Source: Candidatus Woesebacteria bacterium (GTDB lineage Bacteria; Patescibacteriota; Microgenomatia; UBA1400; UBA12028). Taken from it: DNA of 64,000 bases. Shown in pieces: positions 1 through 9,681 of the stretch (position 1 is the first letter of the stretch; each line of letters opens with the position of its first letter). The position numbers were made by a program, and so were the translations under genes. The stretch covers positions 1,897-65,896 of the forward strand of contig JBDTWD010000006.1 in the NCBI GenBank assembly GCA_040006915.1, written 5' to 3'. Below the pieces are notes generated by a model. That model ran no database searches. It saw only the letters and a program-made list of their open reading frames with translations, and was not told the DNA's origin.

Positions 1-699
1 TCCGATCACTTCCCAGCGAGTGTCGCAGTTTCTGCTACCCAGCGGGCAGCCCGTTAAGTTATTTGTGTCACCCCAATCGTACTTTTGAATATGTACGATT
101 CGTTGCCAGGAGAATCCAATCACTTTGAGTGGTGTCTCGTGCGTTCTGGTGACGAAAAACACGATAGCCGCTACTGCCAGTAGAACAATTCCTATGAGGG
201 CGGGTATCTTCAGCCTATCCCAATCAAAGGATGGTTTAGATTCCGTCCAGGAATCATTGCGATTATACGCAAGTTGGGGTTCGGAATGTTCCTCCAAAGA
301 ATCTGGTGAGAAATGTCTCTCCGGCTGACCAAGAGGATGTGAATACCCAATCGGAGCTTGACGATACGACTCAGGTACCCTTAGGATACCTGTTGAATCG
401 GGTTGTAGGGGAGCTGCTTGATGCATTTGCTCACCACTTCCTTTTTCTGCCCCACAATGGGTGCAGAAGTTTGCGCCGATTGGATTCAAAACCATGCAAG
501 ACCCACATTTCCAGTCTGGGCCATCCTTGAGCGCCCGCAATGTGTCTGGATCGGTGACTGGAACCCGCAAATTTGCGGGTAAATACCAATCAGACTCCCC
601 CCGGCAAGCATATCCGCAATTCGGGCAGCACTTTAAATCACCACGCAACCCCTTTGTTCCACAGCCTCTACAATCCCAATACTCCCATACAGTCGTCAT
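1..699 (-). CDS. zinc-ribbon domain membrane protein (3' end runs past window start)
   Basis: Minus-strand ORF absent from the supplied track because it has no in-window stop. ATG at 699 is preceded by a GGGGAA SD-like run. Translation MTTVWEYWDCRGCG..CCPNCGY..CGSCM..CTHCG gives four CxxC pairs, followed by a hydrophobic helix IPALIGIVLLAVAAIVFFV. Confidence 0.55.
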   Translation of the reverse strand, partial: MTTVWEYWDCRGCGTKGLRGDLKCCPNCGYACRGESDWYLPANLRVPVTDPDTLRALKDGPDWKCGSCMVLNPIGANFCTHCGAEKGSGEQMHQAAPLQPDSTGILRVPESYRQAPIGYSHPLGQPERHFSPDSLEEHSEPQLAYNRNDSWTESKPSFDWDRLKIPALIGIVLLAVAAIVFFVTRTHETPLKVIGFSWQRIVHIQKYDWGDTNNLTGCPLGSRNCDTRWEVIG

Positions 700-949
700 T
701 TCCCCATTCCCTTTCGATTAAATGCTTAAAATTGAGCGATGGTGCTCAGACAAGGGCCACAAAAGCCACTCTCTAAGCACCACCACCTCAAGAAACAGTA
801 AAATTGTAAAAGAGCGACTGTCTATAGACCAAAAAACCCACCGTAATGGCAGGCATTCAATCGATAAACGACTCCAGATAGAAAAACCACCTGAAGATCA
901 TCTATTATATCAAAAAGGGAAGGATAATCAATATTATAGGCTTCATAGC

Positions 950-1597
950 CTATTTCGTCTCATTGTCTAGACTTCTCCAGAGAATGCGGGCAGCAAACGT
1001 GCGGTATGGTGACCATTTCTGGCTTAACTCGAGGAGTTTAAGTTCATCAGGCTCAGTTTCTAAGGAATAGAGTTTTTGAATAGCTCGCTTTAATCCTAAG
1101 TCCCCTGTCGAGAATATATCAGGCCTGGCTAGTCCAAACATCAAAAACATCTCTGCAGTCCAGCGCCCTATCCCTTTGACTTTAACCAGCTCCGTTATCA
1201 CTTCTTCATCTGGGAGAGTATCCAAGTGTTCCAGATCTATTTCCTTGTCAACCACCTTTTGAGCTAAATCTTTAATGTACTTAATTTTTGCCCAAGAGAG
1301 ACCTTGATCCCGCATTAGTTGATCCGGGACTTTCAGCACTTTTGTAGGAGATAGTGAGGGTTCAGGTTGCCCTTTAGCCCACTCTTTTCCTTCTGGAAAG
1401 AGATGAACAAAGCGAGTCCAAATGACATCAGCTACCTTGGTTGAGAGCTGTTGGGAGATGATGGAGGCAGCCAATTCTGTAAAATGATCAGCACTATTCC
1501 CTTTTTTGGTGACCGGGGGGATTTCTCCGATCTTTTGTAAGGCAGCAAATAAGATCGAGTCGACGGTTTGAAAATGGGAGTCAATTTTTTTTGACAT
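950..1597 (-). CDS. alkA: DNA-3-methyladenine glycosylase II / HhH-GPD family (AlkA-like)
   Basis: 215 aa. HhH-GPD signature VKGIGRWTAEMFLMFGLARPDIF with a Gly/Pro-rich loop and Asp. Confidence 0.75.
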   Translation of the reverse strand: MSKKIDSHFQTVDSILFAALQKIGEIPPVTKKGNSADHFTELAASIISQQLSTKVADVIWTRFVHLFPEGKEWAKGQPEPSLSPTKVLKVPDQLMRDQGLSWAKIKYIKDLAQKVVDKEIDLEHLDTLPDEEVITELVKVKGIGRWTAEMFLMFGLARPDIFSTGDLGLKRAIQKLYSLETEPDELKLLELSQKWSPYRTFAARILWRSLDNETK

Positions 1598-1611
1598 AGA
1601 AAAAGATTTTC

Positions 1612-2010
1612 CTAGTGTCTGATCCGGTCGTCCAAGGTGCGTTTGAACAAAATCACGCCATTACGAATGTTTGTCTCTAACTCTGCAAAAGTGGGACTTT
1701 TCTTCATTCGCGAGAGATCATCTTGGGTATAGATCATAATATGAATTTGATTGGCATTTGTTCCAATCTGAAATCCCAAACTGTGAATCACTTCCTCGAC
1801 TTTCTCTTTTTCGTTTACGTTTGGATTATCTCGAATGATGACGCACAAATCGATATCACGAGGTGTGGGGCTTTCGACAGCCGAGCCCAAGAGAATTACC
1901 TCATCCACTTGCTCAACTGAGCCCAAGAACTTCCCCATTTCCACAGCTTTTTCTTTTGGTGAAAGAGCATGGAGTCTTTTTTCATCGGTACTTTCATAGG
2001 AGATATTCAT
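1612..2010 (-). CDS. minimal nucleotidyltransferase (MNT/Pol-beta superfamily)
   Basis: 132 aa. hG[GS] and DxD motif: LLGSAVESPTPRDIDLCVI. No HEPN partner gene adjacent. Confidence 0.6.
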   Translation of the reverse strand: MNISYESTDEKRLHALSPKEKAVEMGKFLGSVEQVDEVILLGSAVESPTPRDIDLCVIIRDNPNVNEKEKVEEVIHSLGFQIGTNANQIHIMIYTQDDLSRMKKSPTFAELETNIRNGVILFKRTLDDRIRH

Positions 2011-2044
2011 ACCTGTAGTATACCTCGGGAGAGCAAGAACTGTT

Positions 2045-3574
2045 CTACGAGAGAAGTGACTGTCCTGTCATGCATGGGGGCTTGTCTAAATTGAGAAGAT
2101 CAAGAACAGTTGGAGCAATATCTTTTAAGCCTCCACCTCTCACAAGCTTTGGATGGTAGGTCTTATGGATAAAGATACAGGGAACGGGATTCGTGGTATG
2201 AGAGGTATGAGGCTCACCAGTCACTGGATCAACCATTTGCTCTGCATTCCCATGATCGGCAATCACAACTAAGGCTCCGTCACGCTTCAGAACAGCATCC
2301 ACTAAGCGTCCCAGTTGTGTATCTACTGTTTCCACGGCAATTTTAATGGCAGCAGGTTTGGCGGTATGCCCAACCATATCAGGGTTGGCAAAGTTTAAGA
2401 ACACAAAGTCGACAGAATCTAAACGTTTGATTGCCTCATCACAAATTTCCTTGGCTTTCATTTCTGGAGCTTCATCATGCGTTTTGATATCTTTGCGACT
2501 GGGCACCAACACGTGTTCTTCTCCCTCGTGTGGATCTTGTCTGCCTCCGTTCACAAAGTATGTCACGTGCGGAAACTTCTCGGTCTCGGCGATATGAGCC
2601 TGCTTCAACCCATTCGCAGCAATCACAGATCCGACTGTTTGTTCAATTTTCTCCGGTTCATACGCAACAATGGATTCGATATCTCTATCATATTTGGTCA
2701 TGGTGACAAAACACAGGTTTTTGTCTTTCAAAACCGCAATAATTTTCTTGGAAAGTTGTTTCGCTCGATCCGGGCGAAAGTTAGTGAAAATAATGGCATC
2801 GTTTTGATTGACCGTGGCAGGTTTACCGTCTTCACGCAAAAAAACCTGCGGTTCTAACAATTCATCAAAGACCTCTTGAGAATACCACTCTTTGATTTTC
2901 GCTGAAGGCTTGTTGGTAGCATCATAGATAAACGCGGCTTTCCCATCAAAGATGGCATGATATGCCTTGTCCGTTCGATCCCAGTTGGTATCTCGATCCA
3001 TAGAAAAATAGCGACCGATAATTGTGGCAATATGCACTCCTTTGATTCCGGCAATATGTTTCTCTAGTCTCTCCAAAGAATTTTGTCCGCCAGTTCGCGA
3101 TGAATCACGACCATCCATAAAACAGTGCAGCACAATAGTACTAATCCCTTTCGCTCCTGCGGCATTGATCATTTCAATGAAATGATCTTCGTGGCTATGG
3201 ACTCCACCAGGAGAGAGAAGACCCATGATATGCAGAGTACTGTTGTGTGTTTTGACATGTAAAAAGGCTTGACCGAATGCCGGATTTTTGGCAAACTTTC
3301 CTTCTTTGGCATCTTTACTGATACGCACCAAATCTTGATAGAGAACACATCCTGCTCCAATGGTTGTATGTCCTACTTCCGAGTTGCCCATCTGCCCCAC
3401 TGGCAAACCCACCGCTTCACCAGAGGCCTCTAAGGTCGTAAAAGGGTATGTTGTGGAAAACATGTCATAGTTGGGAGTATTGGCAATCGAGATCCCATTA
3501 TATTCTCCAGGATCGGTAATTCCCCACCCATCTAAGATAACGAGCGCTAACGGACCAGATACTTGTTTGGACAT
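2045..3574 (-). CDS. gpmI: 2,3-bisphosphoglycerate-independent phosphoglycerate mutase
   Basis: 509 aa. N-terminus LALVILDGWGI, metal-binding ADHGNAE, overall iPGM architecture. Confidence 0.9.
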   Translation of the reverse strand: MSKQVSGPLALVILDGWGITDPGEYNGISIANTPNYDMFSTTYPFTTLEASGEAVGLPVGQMGNSEVGHTTIGAGCVLYQDLVRISKDAKEGKFAKNPAFGQAFLHVKTHNSTLHIMGLLSPGGVHSHEDHFIEMINAAGAKGISTIVLHCFMDGRDSSRTGGQNSLERLEKHIAGIKGVHIATIIGRYFSMDRDTNWDRTDKAYHAIFDGKAAFIYDATNKPSAKIKEWYSQEVFDELLEPQVFLREDGKPATVNQNDAIIFTNFRPDRAKQLSKKIIAVLKDKNLCFVTMTKYDRDIESIVAYEPEKIEQTVGSVIAANGLKQAHIAETEKFPHVTYFVNGGRQDPHEGEEHVLVPSRKDIKTHDEAPEMKAKEICDEAIKRLDSVDFVFLNFANPDMVGHTAKPAAIKIAVETVDTQLGRLVDAVLKRDGALVVIADHGNAEQMVDPVTGEPHTSHTTNPVPCIFIHKTYHPKLVRGGGLKDIAPTVLDLLNLDKPPCMTGQSLLS

Positions 3575-3579
3575 AGAGT

Positions 3580-4062
3580 TTATTGGGACAATACGGCTGA
3601 CAATTTTTCGATTATATGCTCACGAGAAAAGAACTGAATTGTAGTCAACCCTGCTCCTTGTGCCGCTTTCACATTTTCAATCGTGTCATCGACAAAGACA
3701 ATATTCTCAGGAAGAACTTCAATCTTTTTTGCTAAGTCCAGATAATTCTCAGGATTACGCTTGGACCAACCAAAATCTTCTGCGGAGAAAATATTCTTAT
3801 CAAATGTTTGTTCTAATCTTGGAAAGATAGCCGGATCATTTTGAATGATTTCACTGGTATATAGACAGAGCTTCACCGTATTTTTCTTGGTTTCCAGCCA
3901 GTCTAAAAGCGTGTTATCTAAAGTGAAGTGATCAAAAAACAAAAACGGTGCTTTGGTCTTCACATCTTTGTACAAATCATTCAATTTCCCCGCATACTGT
4001 GGATCTTTGGGATACAACAAGACTCTTGAGAAATCAAAAATGACGGTGGTAATTTTTGCCAT
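3580..4062 (-). CDS. HAD-superfamily hydrolase
   Basis: 160 aa. Motif I VIFDFSRVL and motif IV VFVDDTIENV. Sits between gpmI and eno in the same orientation. Confidence 0.55.
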   Translation of the reverse strand: MAKITTVIFDFSRVLLYPKDPQYAGKLNDLYKDVKTKAPFLFFDHFTLDNTLLDWLETKKNTVKLCLYTSEIIQNDPAIFPRLEQTFDKNIFSAEDFGWSKRNPENYLDLAKKIEVLPENIVFVDDTIENVKAAQGAGLTTIQFFSREHIIEKLSAVLSQ

Positions 4063-4067
4063 ATGCT

Positions 4068-5357
4068 TTACCGAATAAATACTTTTTTCCCTGGATATAT
4101 TGCCTTATCTCCTAATTCTTCTTCTATTCGCAACAACTGGTTATATTTGGCCATTCGATCGCTACGAGACATTGATCCAGTTTTAATTTGCCCGGTTGAA
4201 AGACCAACAACAAAATCAGCAATGGTTGAATCTTCAGTCTCACCTGAGCGGTGCGAAACAATGGCGGTATAGCCATTTTTACGTGCTAAATCAATTGCGT
4301 CAACAGTCTCTGTAACTGTGCCAATTTGATTGAGTTTGATAAGAATTGAATTATCTACTTTCTCAGTGATTCCGCGCTGTAATCGCTCAACATTGGTCAC
4401 GAACAAATCATCGCCAACCAGTTGAACTGTTGCCCCTAATTTAGCAGTCAGTTTGGCATAATCCCCCCAGGCATCTTGGTCCAAGCCATCTTCAATGGAG
4501 ACAATTGGATAGGCTTTCACCCATTCCTCATACATCGCAATCAATTCATCTGGTGTCACCGTTTTGTTTTCGCTGGCCAAAATATATTTGCCATCTTTGT
4601 AGAGTTCACTCGAAGCTACATCTAAAGCAATAAAAATATCAGTTCCCAAAGTGTAGCCACTGGCTTTGACAGCCTCCACTAGTTGTTCGAGTGGAGCGCG
4701 GTTACTTCCTAAACTTGGAGCAAATCCACCTTCATCGCCAACTGTTGTCGAAAAGCCTTGTGTGTGTAAATTCTTCTTTAATGCCATGAAAATTTCGGCA
4801 GCCATATCCATCGCTTGGCGAAAGGATGTTGCGCCCGCTGGAACAATCATAAATTCCTGGAAGTCAGATGATTTCTCTGCATGCTTTCCTCCATTTAACA
4901 CATTGATCATGGGAACAGGCATCCAGTATTCGGCGGGGACGGTTGAAGAGAGACTGCGAAAATATGCATACAGTGGTTGCTTTGTACTGACGGCAATCGC
5001 TTTAGAGAGAGCCATTGAGACACCCAAAATCGCATTGGCTCCCACTTTCCCTTTATTCGGAGTGCCATCAACTTCAATCATCTTTTGATCGACGATTCGC
5101 TGGTTAGCTTCCATCCCTTTTAAAGCTGGAAGTATAAGCTCCGTTACATTGGCAACAGCCTTTCGTACTCCCTTGCCTCCCATGCGTTTTTCTCCTACAT
5201 CACGGAGCTCTACTGCCTCATAAATCCCGGTGGATGCCCCTGATGGAACAGCAGCTCGTCCAAAGGAACCGTCCTCTAATGTAAGATCGACCTCGATAGT
5301 TGGGGTTCCTCTAGAATCAAAAATCTCCCGAGCATGAATAGAAGCAATAGTCGACAT
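4068..5357 (-). CDS. eno: enolase (phosphopyruvate hydratase)
   Basis: Canonical N-terminus [25 protein letters not shown] and SHRSGETED motif. Start moved to the internal Met at 5357; the ORF continues to 5405. Confidence 0.92.
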   Translation of the reverse strand: MSTIASIHAREIFDSRGTPTIEVDLTLEDGSFGRAAVPSGASTGIYEAVELRDVGEKRMGGKGVRKAVANVTELILPALKGMEANQRIVDQKMIEVDGTPNKGKVGANAILGVSMALSKAIAVSTKQPLYAYFRSLSSTVPAEYWMPVPMINVLNGGKHAEKSSDFQEFMIVPAGATSFRQAMDMAAEIFMALKKNLHTQGFSTTVGDEGGFAPSLGSNRAPLEQLVEAVKASGYTLGTDIFIALDVASSELYKDGKYILASENKTVTPDELIAMYEEWVKAYPIVSIEDGLDQDAWGDYAKLTAKLGATVQLVGDDLFVTNVERLQRGITEKVDNSILIKLNQIGTVTETVDAIDLARKNGYTAIVSHRSGETEDSTIADFVVGLSTGQIKTGSMSRSDRMAKYNQLLRIEEELGDKAIYPGKKVFIR

Positions 5358-5436
5358 ATGAAAAACTCCTACAGAATGTATATACAGGTGTAGGATATCA
5401 CTCAAGTGGAGGAGTTTCTAGAAGTACAATAGAACA

Positions 5437-5871
5437 CTATTCTTCATCACGATCTGTATGTAAACGCCGAATAATTTCATTGTCTGAAAGAGTAGTACAC
5501 GTATCTGTAGACATTCTTTTGGTAGAGGGCACCCGAGCTCTTCGGAGCTCTCGTACTTTATTACGCAGGCCTGTTTGATTTTTAATCCAGATTCGTCCAT
5601 CTTGTTCACCGATCAGATACGGACCTACGGTATTCATATGTCCTTTGACTTGAGACTCGGTAATTCTCAATTTATCAGCAATCTCTCTGGCCGTCATTCC
5701 TTCGGAAAAAAGCAGAACTTGTTCTAATTGCTGTAACTGCTCTTCTTGTAGCTTCTCCGCTTTTTTCTTTGGAGTATCTGGGCTGCTTGGAACAACGATC
5801 GTTTTCTTCTGATTCTGACGATTCTGTACTATATCCAGAATGGATGGCCTACCTGATTCTTTTGAGGGCAT
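5437..5871 (-). CDS. LuxR/GerE-type HTH DNA-binding protein
   Basis: 144 aa. Segment LFSEGMTAREIADKLRITESQVKGHMNTV resembles a LuxR-type HTH (sigma-70 region 4 fold). Lies upstream of the glycolytic operon. Confidence 0.4.
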   Translation of the reverse strand: MPSKESGRPSILDIVQNRQNQKKTIVVPSSPDTPKKKAEKLQEEQLQQLEQVLLFSEGMTAREIADKLRITESQVKGHMNTVGPYLIGEQDGRIWIKNQTGLRNKVRELRRARVPSTKRMSTDTCTTLSDNEIIRRLHTDRDEE

Positions 5872-5882
5872 AGATATAAATG

Positions 5883-6314
5883 TTAAGTTCTTTTTAAGCC
5901 AGGCAATTCCCGTAATTTAAATGATTGAGGACCCTTTTCTTTGAAAATACCGGTATGCCAATAGAGTAATACGTCATGTAAAACATCAAAAATTCTTACA
6001 GCGGCGCTGTCAGGTGTCATGGGAGCATCATGAAAGTTTTCGTCTTCATCATCTTTATCTATATGTTTCAAACTATTAAACACATTCGCCGCTAGTTGCA
6101 GTTCTTCGAAAGAAAACAATATCAAGAAATCGTTCTGTAACCAGGTAGATATCTCTTCTAATTTTCCTAGCTGAAGTAACCGATAGTATTGCACTCCAGG
6201 GTTCCCCTGCGAATCCCATAGAGACCAGATGATAAATGACATTACATTCTCACGGGTAATCGGATCAAATGGATGGTGATCCCATTCTTTGTAGTTCGCT
6301 TGAAACTCCCCCAT
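5883..6314 (-). CDS. hypothetical protein
   Basis: ORF trimmed to the Met at 6314 to avoid overlapping the RND gene; starts MGEFQANYKEWDHHPF. No recognised motif. Confidence 0.35.
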   Translation of the reverse strand: MGEFQANYKEWDHHPFDPITRENVMSFIIWSLWDSQGNPGVQYYRLLQLGKLEEISTWLQNDFLILFSFEELQLAANVFNSLKHIDKDDEDENFHDAPMTPDSAAVRIFDVLHDVLLYWHTGIFKEKGPQSFKLRELPGLKRT

Positions 6315-6319
6315 AGTAT

Positions 6320-9300
6320 TTATTTCTCTTCTGGTTTCATCCAAGAATAGTATAGGACCGGGATAAAGAGCAACATGATGGTACTGGCAACCAGGAGCCC
6401 TGAAATGATCGCTCCGCCAAGTCCACGCCACAATGGGTCCGCAAGGGTGATCGGAAGCAAACCAAACACCGTACACAGCTTGGTTAGAATAATCGGCTCC
6501 ATACGTGAGGCTCCGGCGTCAGCAATAGACTCTTCAAAAGACATTCCTTCTTTACGATTTAAGTTAATCTTGTCGACGATAAACATGGAGTTGGTCACGA
6601 CAATTCCAAATAATGACAGAATTCCAATCATTGATGGGAACGAGAGTGGTGTTCCCGTTAAAGCATAGGCTAAGAATACTGAGGAGACAGCCAAGGGGAT
6701 AACGATCAACACAATCAAAGCTTGTCGGAAAGATCCAAACTGTACCACCATAGTAATCAAAATCAGAATTGCTGATAACACCATGGCTTGTAAAATCGAT
6801 TGAATTGACTTGGTATTCTCTTCATTCACTCCGCCAGTTTTCCATTCATATCCAGTTGGAAGATTTAAAGTCTTGGCAAAATCTTCTAACTTCTTGTTTT
6901 CAGTGGTGATCGAAAAACCAGGACGAACTGCGGCGGCTACTGAGATCGTACGTTGGAAGTTCTCCCGACTAATACTCGTTGGACTAACTTTAGGTACGAA
7001 AGTTCCGATCGAGAGCAGAGATATTGATTTCCCTGATGGATTGGTTACAGACAACTGCGATAGGTTTTCCACATTCGCCGTTCCCGTATCCATCCGTAAA
7101 ACGATATCGGTCTTTTGATTGTCACCCGGTTCCAATGCAATGGAATCAAGGGTAAAACCGCTAGCAAAGGTACGCAAGGCAAATCCTAAGGTATCTGGAG
7201 TTAAACCATTCTCAGCCAGTTTCGTACTATCAGGGATAAACACCAGCTTACTGGTTCCCTCTTTGATAGATTTATTTACGTTTGTGACATCGTTATTGGC
7301 TTTAAGGAACGTCTCAATCTTGTCAGCTTGCGTATTTAGCTGTGAGAGGTCATTTCCAAGCAACTTGATTTGAAGATCACTTCCGGCAGGTGGTCCACCA
7401 GAGTCCTCAATGACTGAAAGTGTTCCTTGGGTATAGCTGGCAAAATCCGTACGCAATTGTTCGGCAATTTCATACGACGGCACTTTTCGTTTCTCTTTGT
7501 CTACGAGTCGCACTGAAAAATATGCTAGGTTATTAGAATTGCTTGAGCCTCCACCAAATCCAGCGGCTCCACCTCTACCAACTTCAGCCGTCACAAATTC
7601 AGTCTCTGGAGTTTGTCGCAGTTTTTCCAAAATAGGTTCTGCTTGTTTGGCCGTATCAGTCAAAGTTGTACCTGCAGGTAGCTCTAATTGCACAAACACT
7701 TCATCTTGGTTAGTTTTCGGGAAGAATTCATTCTTCACAAACCCCATCGGGAGAAGCGCAAAACAAAAGATGGAATAAATGATCACAGCAGCCATCACTT
7801 TACGTCGACTTGATTTCTTTGACAGAATTTTCAAGATTGTTCGTTTGTACCAAGCCGCAAACGGCTCTACATCAATAATTCCTTGTGAAGAGAGACGGCT
7901 CAGGAATGCAGATGCTTTCGAGAACTTTCCTTTCTTTTGGATTCGCGCTCGAAGCTCAGCAAAGCGAGTTCGTAAACTTGGGAGCACACGTAAAAATACC
8001 AAAGTCAACACAACGTAGACAATCAAGATGAGTGGGAAGATTAAGCTTTGCGACGCAAGAGCAAAGATTACTCCTAATGCCGCTAGCCAACCCAGTACCT
8101 TTAACAATGTCGTTACGCGTTTTGGTAGCACCGGTTTTAACAAAATGATCATCAATGGCAAAGTAATTAAGACTGCAATTGCCGTAGAGGAGATCATGGT
8201 CACAGTCACGACGACTGGAATTGGCTTGATAAATTCACCAATGATTCCAGAGGTCAGTAGCAATGGAACGAATGACCAAATGGTTGTAATCGTTGTTGAC
8301 CAAATCGGAATAATGGTATCTTTCCAGACAAGAAGTCCAGTCTCCACAGGGGTAAATTTATTTGCTCGATAATAGAGTGACATGGCACTGACAACCACGA
8401 TCGTGTCATCAACTAAGAGGCCTAAAGCTAGTAAGAACGAGAAGAGTGACAAGAAGTTAATCGACATGCCAAACATTCGCATGAAAAAGAAAGCTGACAG
8501 AAAGGTCAAGGGTACAGTCAGAGATGAAATCAAGGACTGACGCAATCCCAAGAACAACAGGAGAACCCCCATCACTAATAAGATAGTGGTGCGGAATTCT
8601 TTTAAGAGATCACTAAACTGTTTCGTAATCTCTTCACTGGTATTCATCAAGGTTATGATTTGATAATCAGCACCATTGTCTTTTAAGAATGCATCTGTCA
8701 CTTCTTTAACTTGGGCACCAGCTTCATCAATATTGGAACCACTGGTTTTATAGACATAAAAGGTTACGGCTGGTTGCGCCGGACTATCTCGCTTGGCTAC
8801 ATAGGAAATTTGCTGTCCTGATTTGGAGCGCTCCTGTACGGTTGCCACATCTGAAAGAGCGACCACTTTCCCATTAACACTGATTTGTAAGGCTCTGATA
8901 TCGCTCATGTTTTCAACCGTTGGATCAATAGTCAAAGAAAAGGTGTTTCGCCCAGTTTCGACCACTCCAGCAGGATAGGAACTTCTGGCTTTTTTAATCG
9001 CTTGAGAGAGTGTAAATGGATTTAATCCATATTCAGCAAGCTTACTGGGACTGGCTTCTACCACTACTTCCTGAGTATCAAAACCAGTAGTGTTTACACG
9101 GTCCACTTTTGAGAGATCATCAATCTTGTCGTGTAGGTCTTTAGCAGCTCGCATCAAGTCTGGGAAGCTTTTTTTACTTACCAACGCGAATGTCCAGACT
9201 GGCTGATCTTCAAAATCAAGTGCGTTAACCTGTGGATCCAGGGCATCGGTAGGCAGATCGTTGACACCATCAACTGCTGATTGGGTGTCGTCTTTCGCTT

Positions 9301-9676
9301 TGTCCCTGTCAACTTTGGACAAAAACTGAATAGTGATGGCTGAGACATTGTCAGTTGAAGTCGAAGAGATCGTATCAACATCTTTTAATGAACGCAGTTT
9401 ATCTTCAATAGGGATCGTCACCAGACTCTCGACGTCTGCAGGGCCGGCACCAGGCATTACAGTCACAACTGTCACAATAGGAATTTTCACCTCGGGATTT
9501 AAGCGCTTAGGCAATTGCGTGTAGGCAATCGTTCCCAAAAGAGCGATTGTCAAAAGAAGTAACAGCACCACACGGATGTTGGTGACATATTTTGCCACCA
9601 CACCTGTCAGCATCTTTGGATCAAAGGTCAGACGCTCTAAGTAGGACTTATGTGATTCTGGTTTTTGTGTAGGCAT
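6320..9676 (-). CDS. RND-family efflux transporter permease (AcrB/SwrC-like)
   Basis: 1118 aa. 12-TM plus large-loop architecture. N-terminus LERLTFDPKMLTGVVAKYVTNIRVVLLLLLTIALLG is typical of the AcrB family. Confidence 0.8.
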   Translation of the reverse strand: MPTQKPESHKSYLERLTFDPKMLTGVVAKYVTNIRVVLLLLLTIALLGTIAYTQLPKRLNPEVKIPIVTVVTVMPGAGPADVESLVTIPIEDKLRSLKDVDTISSTSTDNVSAITIQFLSKVDRDKAKDDTQSAVDGVNDLPTDALDPQVNALDFEDQPVWTFALVSKKSFPDLMRAAKDLHDKIDDLSKVDRVNTTGFDTQEVVVEASPSKLAEYGLNPFTLSQAIKKARSSYPAGVVETGRNTFSLTIDPTVENMSDIRALQISVNGKVVALSDVATVQERSKSGQQISYVAKRDSPAQPAVTFYVYKTSGSNIDEAGAQVKEVTDAFLKDNGADYQIITLMNTSEEITKQFSDLLKEFRTTILLVMGVLLLFLGLRQSLISSLTVPLTFLSAFFFMRMFGMSINFLSLFSFLLALGLLVDDTIVVVSAMSLYYRANKFTPVETGLLVWKDTIIPIWSTTITTIWSFVPLLLTSGIIGEFIKPIPVVVTVTMISSTAIAVLITLPLMIILLKPVLPKRVTTLLKVLGWLAALGVIFALASQSLIFPLILIVYVVLTLVFLRVLPSLRTRFAELRARIQKKGKFSKASAFLSRLSSQGIIDVEPFAAWYKRTILKILSKKSSRRKVMAAVIIYSIFCFALLPMGFVKNEFFPKTNQDEVFVQLELPAGTTLTDTAKQAEPILEKLRQTPETEFVTAEVGRGGAAGFGGGSSNSNNLAYFSVRLVDKEKRKVPSYEIAEQLRTDFASYTQGTLSVIEDSGGPPAGSDLQIKLLGNDLSQLNTQADKIETFLKANNDVTNVNKSIKEGTSKLVFIPDSTKLAENGLTPDTLGFALRTFASGFTLDSIALEPGDNQKTDIVLRMDTGTANVENLSQLSVTNPSGKSISLLSIGTFVPKVSPTSISRENFQRTISVAAAVRPGFSITTENKKLEDFAKTLNLPTGYEWKTGGVNEENTKSIQSILQAMVLSAILILITMVVQFGSFRQALIVLIVIPLAVSSVFLAYALTGTPLSFPSMIGILSLFGIVVTNSMFIVDKINLNRKEGMSFEESIADAGASRMEPIILTKLCTVFGLLPITLADPLWRGLGGAIISGLLVASTIMLLFIPVLYYSWMKPEEK

Positions 9677-9681
9677 ACCAA

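Noticed and set aside
125-970. Five plus-strand ORFs (67-86 aa) at the window start
   Set aside because: They have no RBS and odd composition. They lie antisense to a long, motif-rich minus-strand frame (the zinc-ribbon protein), so they are almost certainly spurious.
6375-9524. Many 60-114-aa plus-strand ORFs inside the RND transporter gene
   Set aside because: They are antisense to a 1118-aa gene with clear family identity. These are shadow ORFs.
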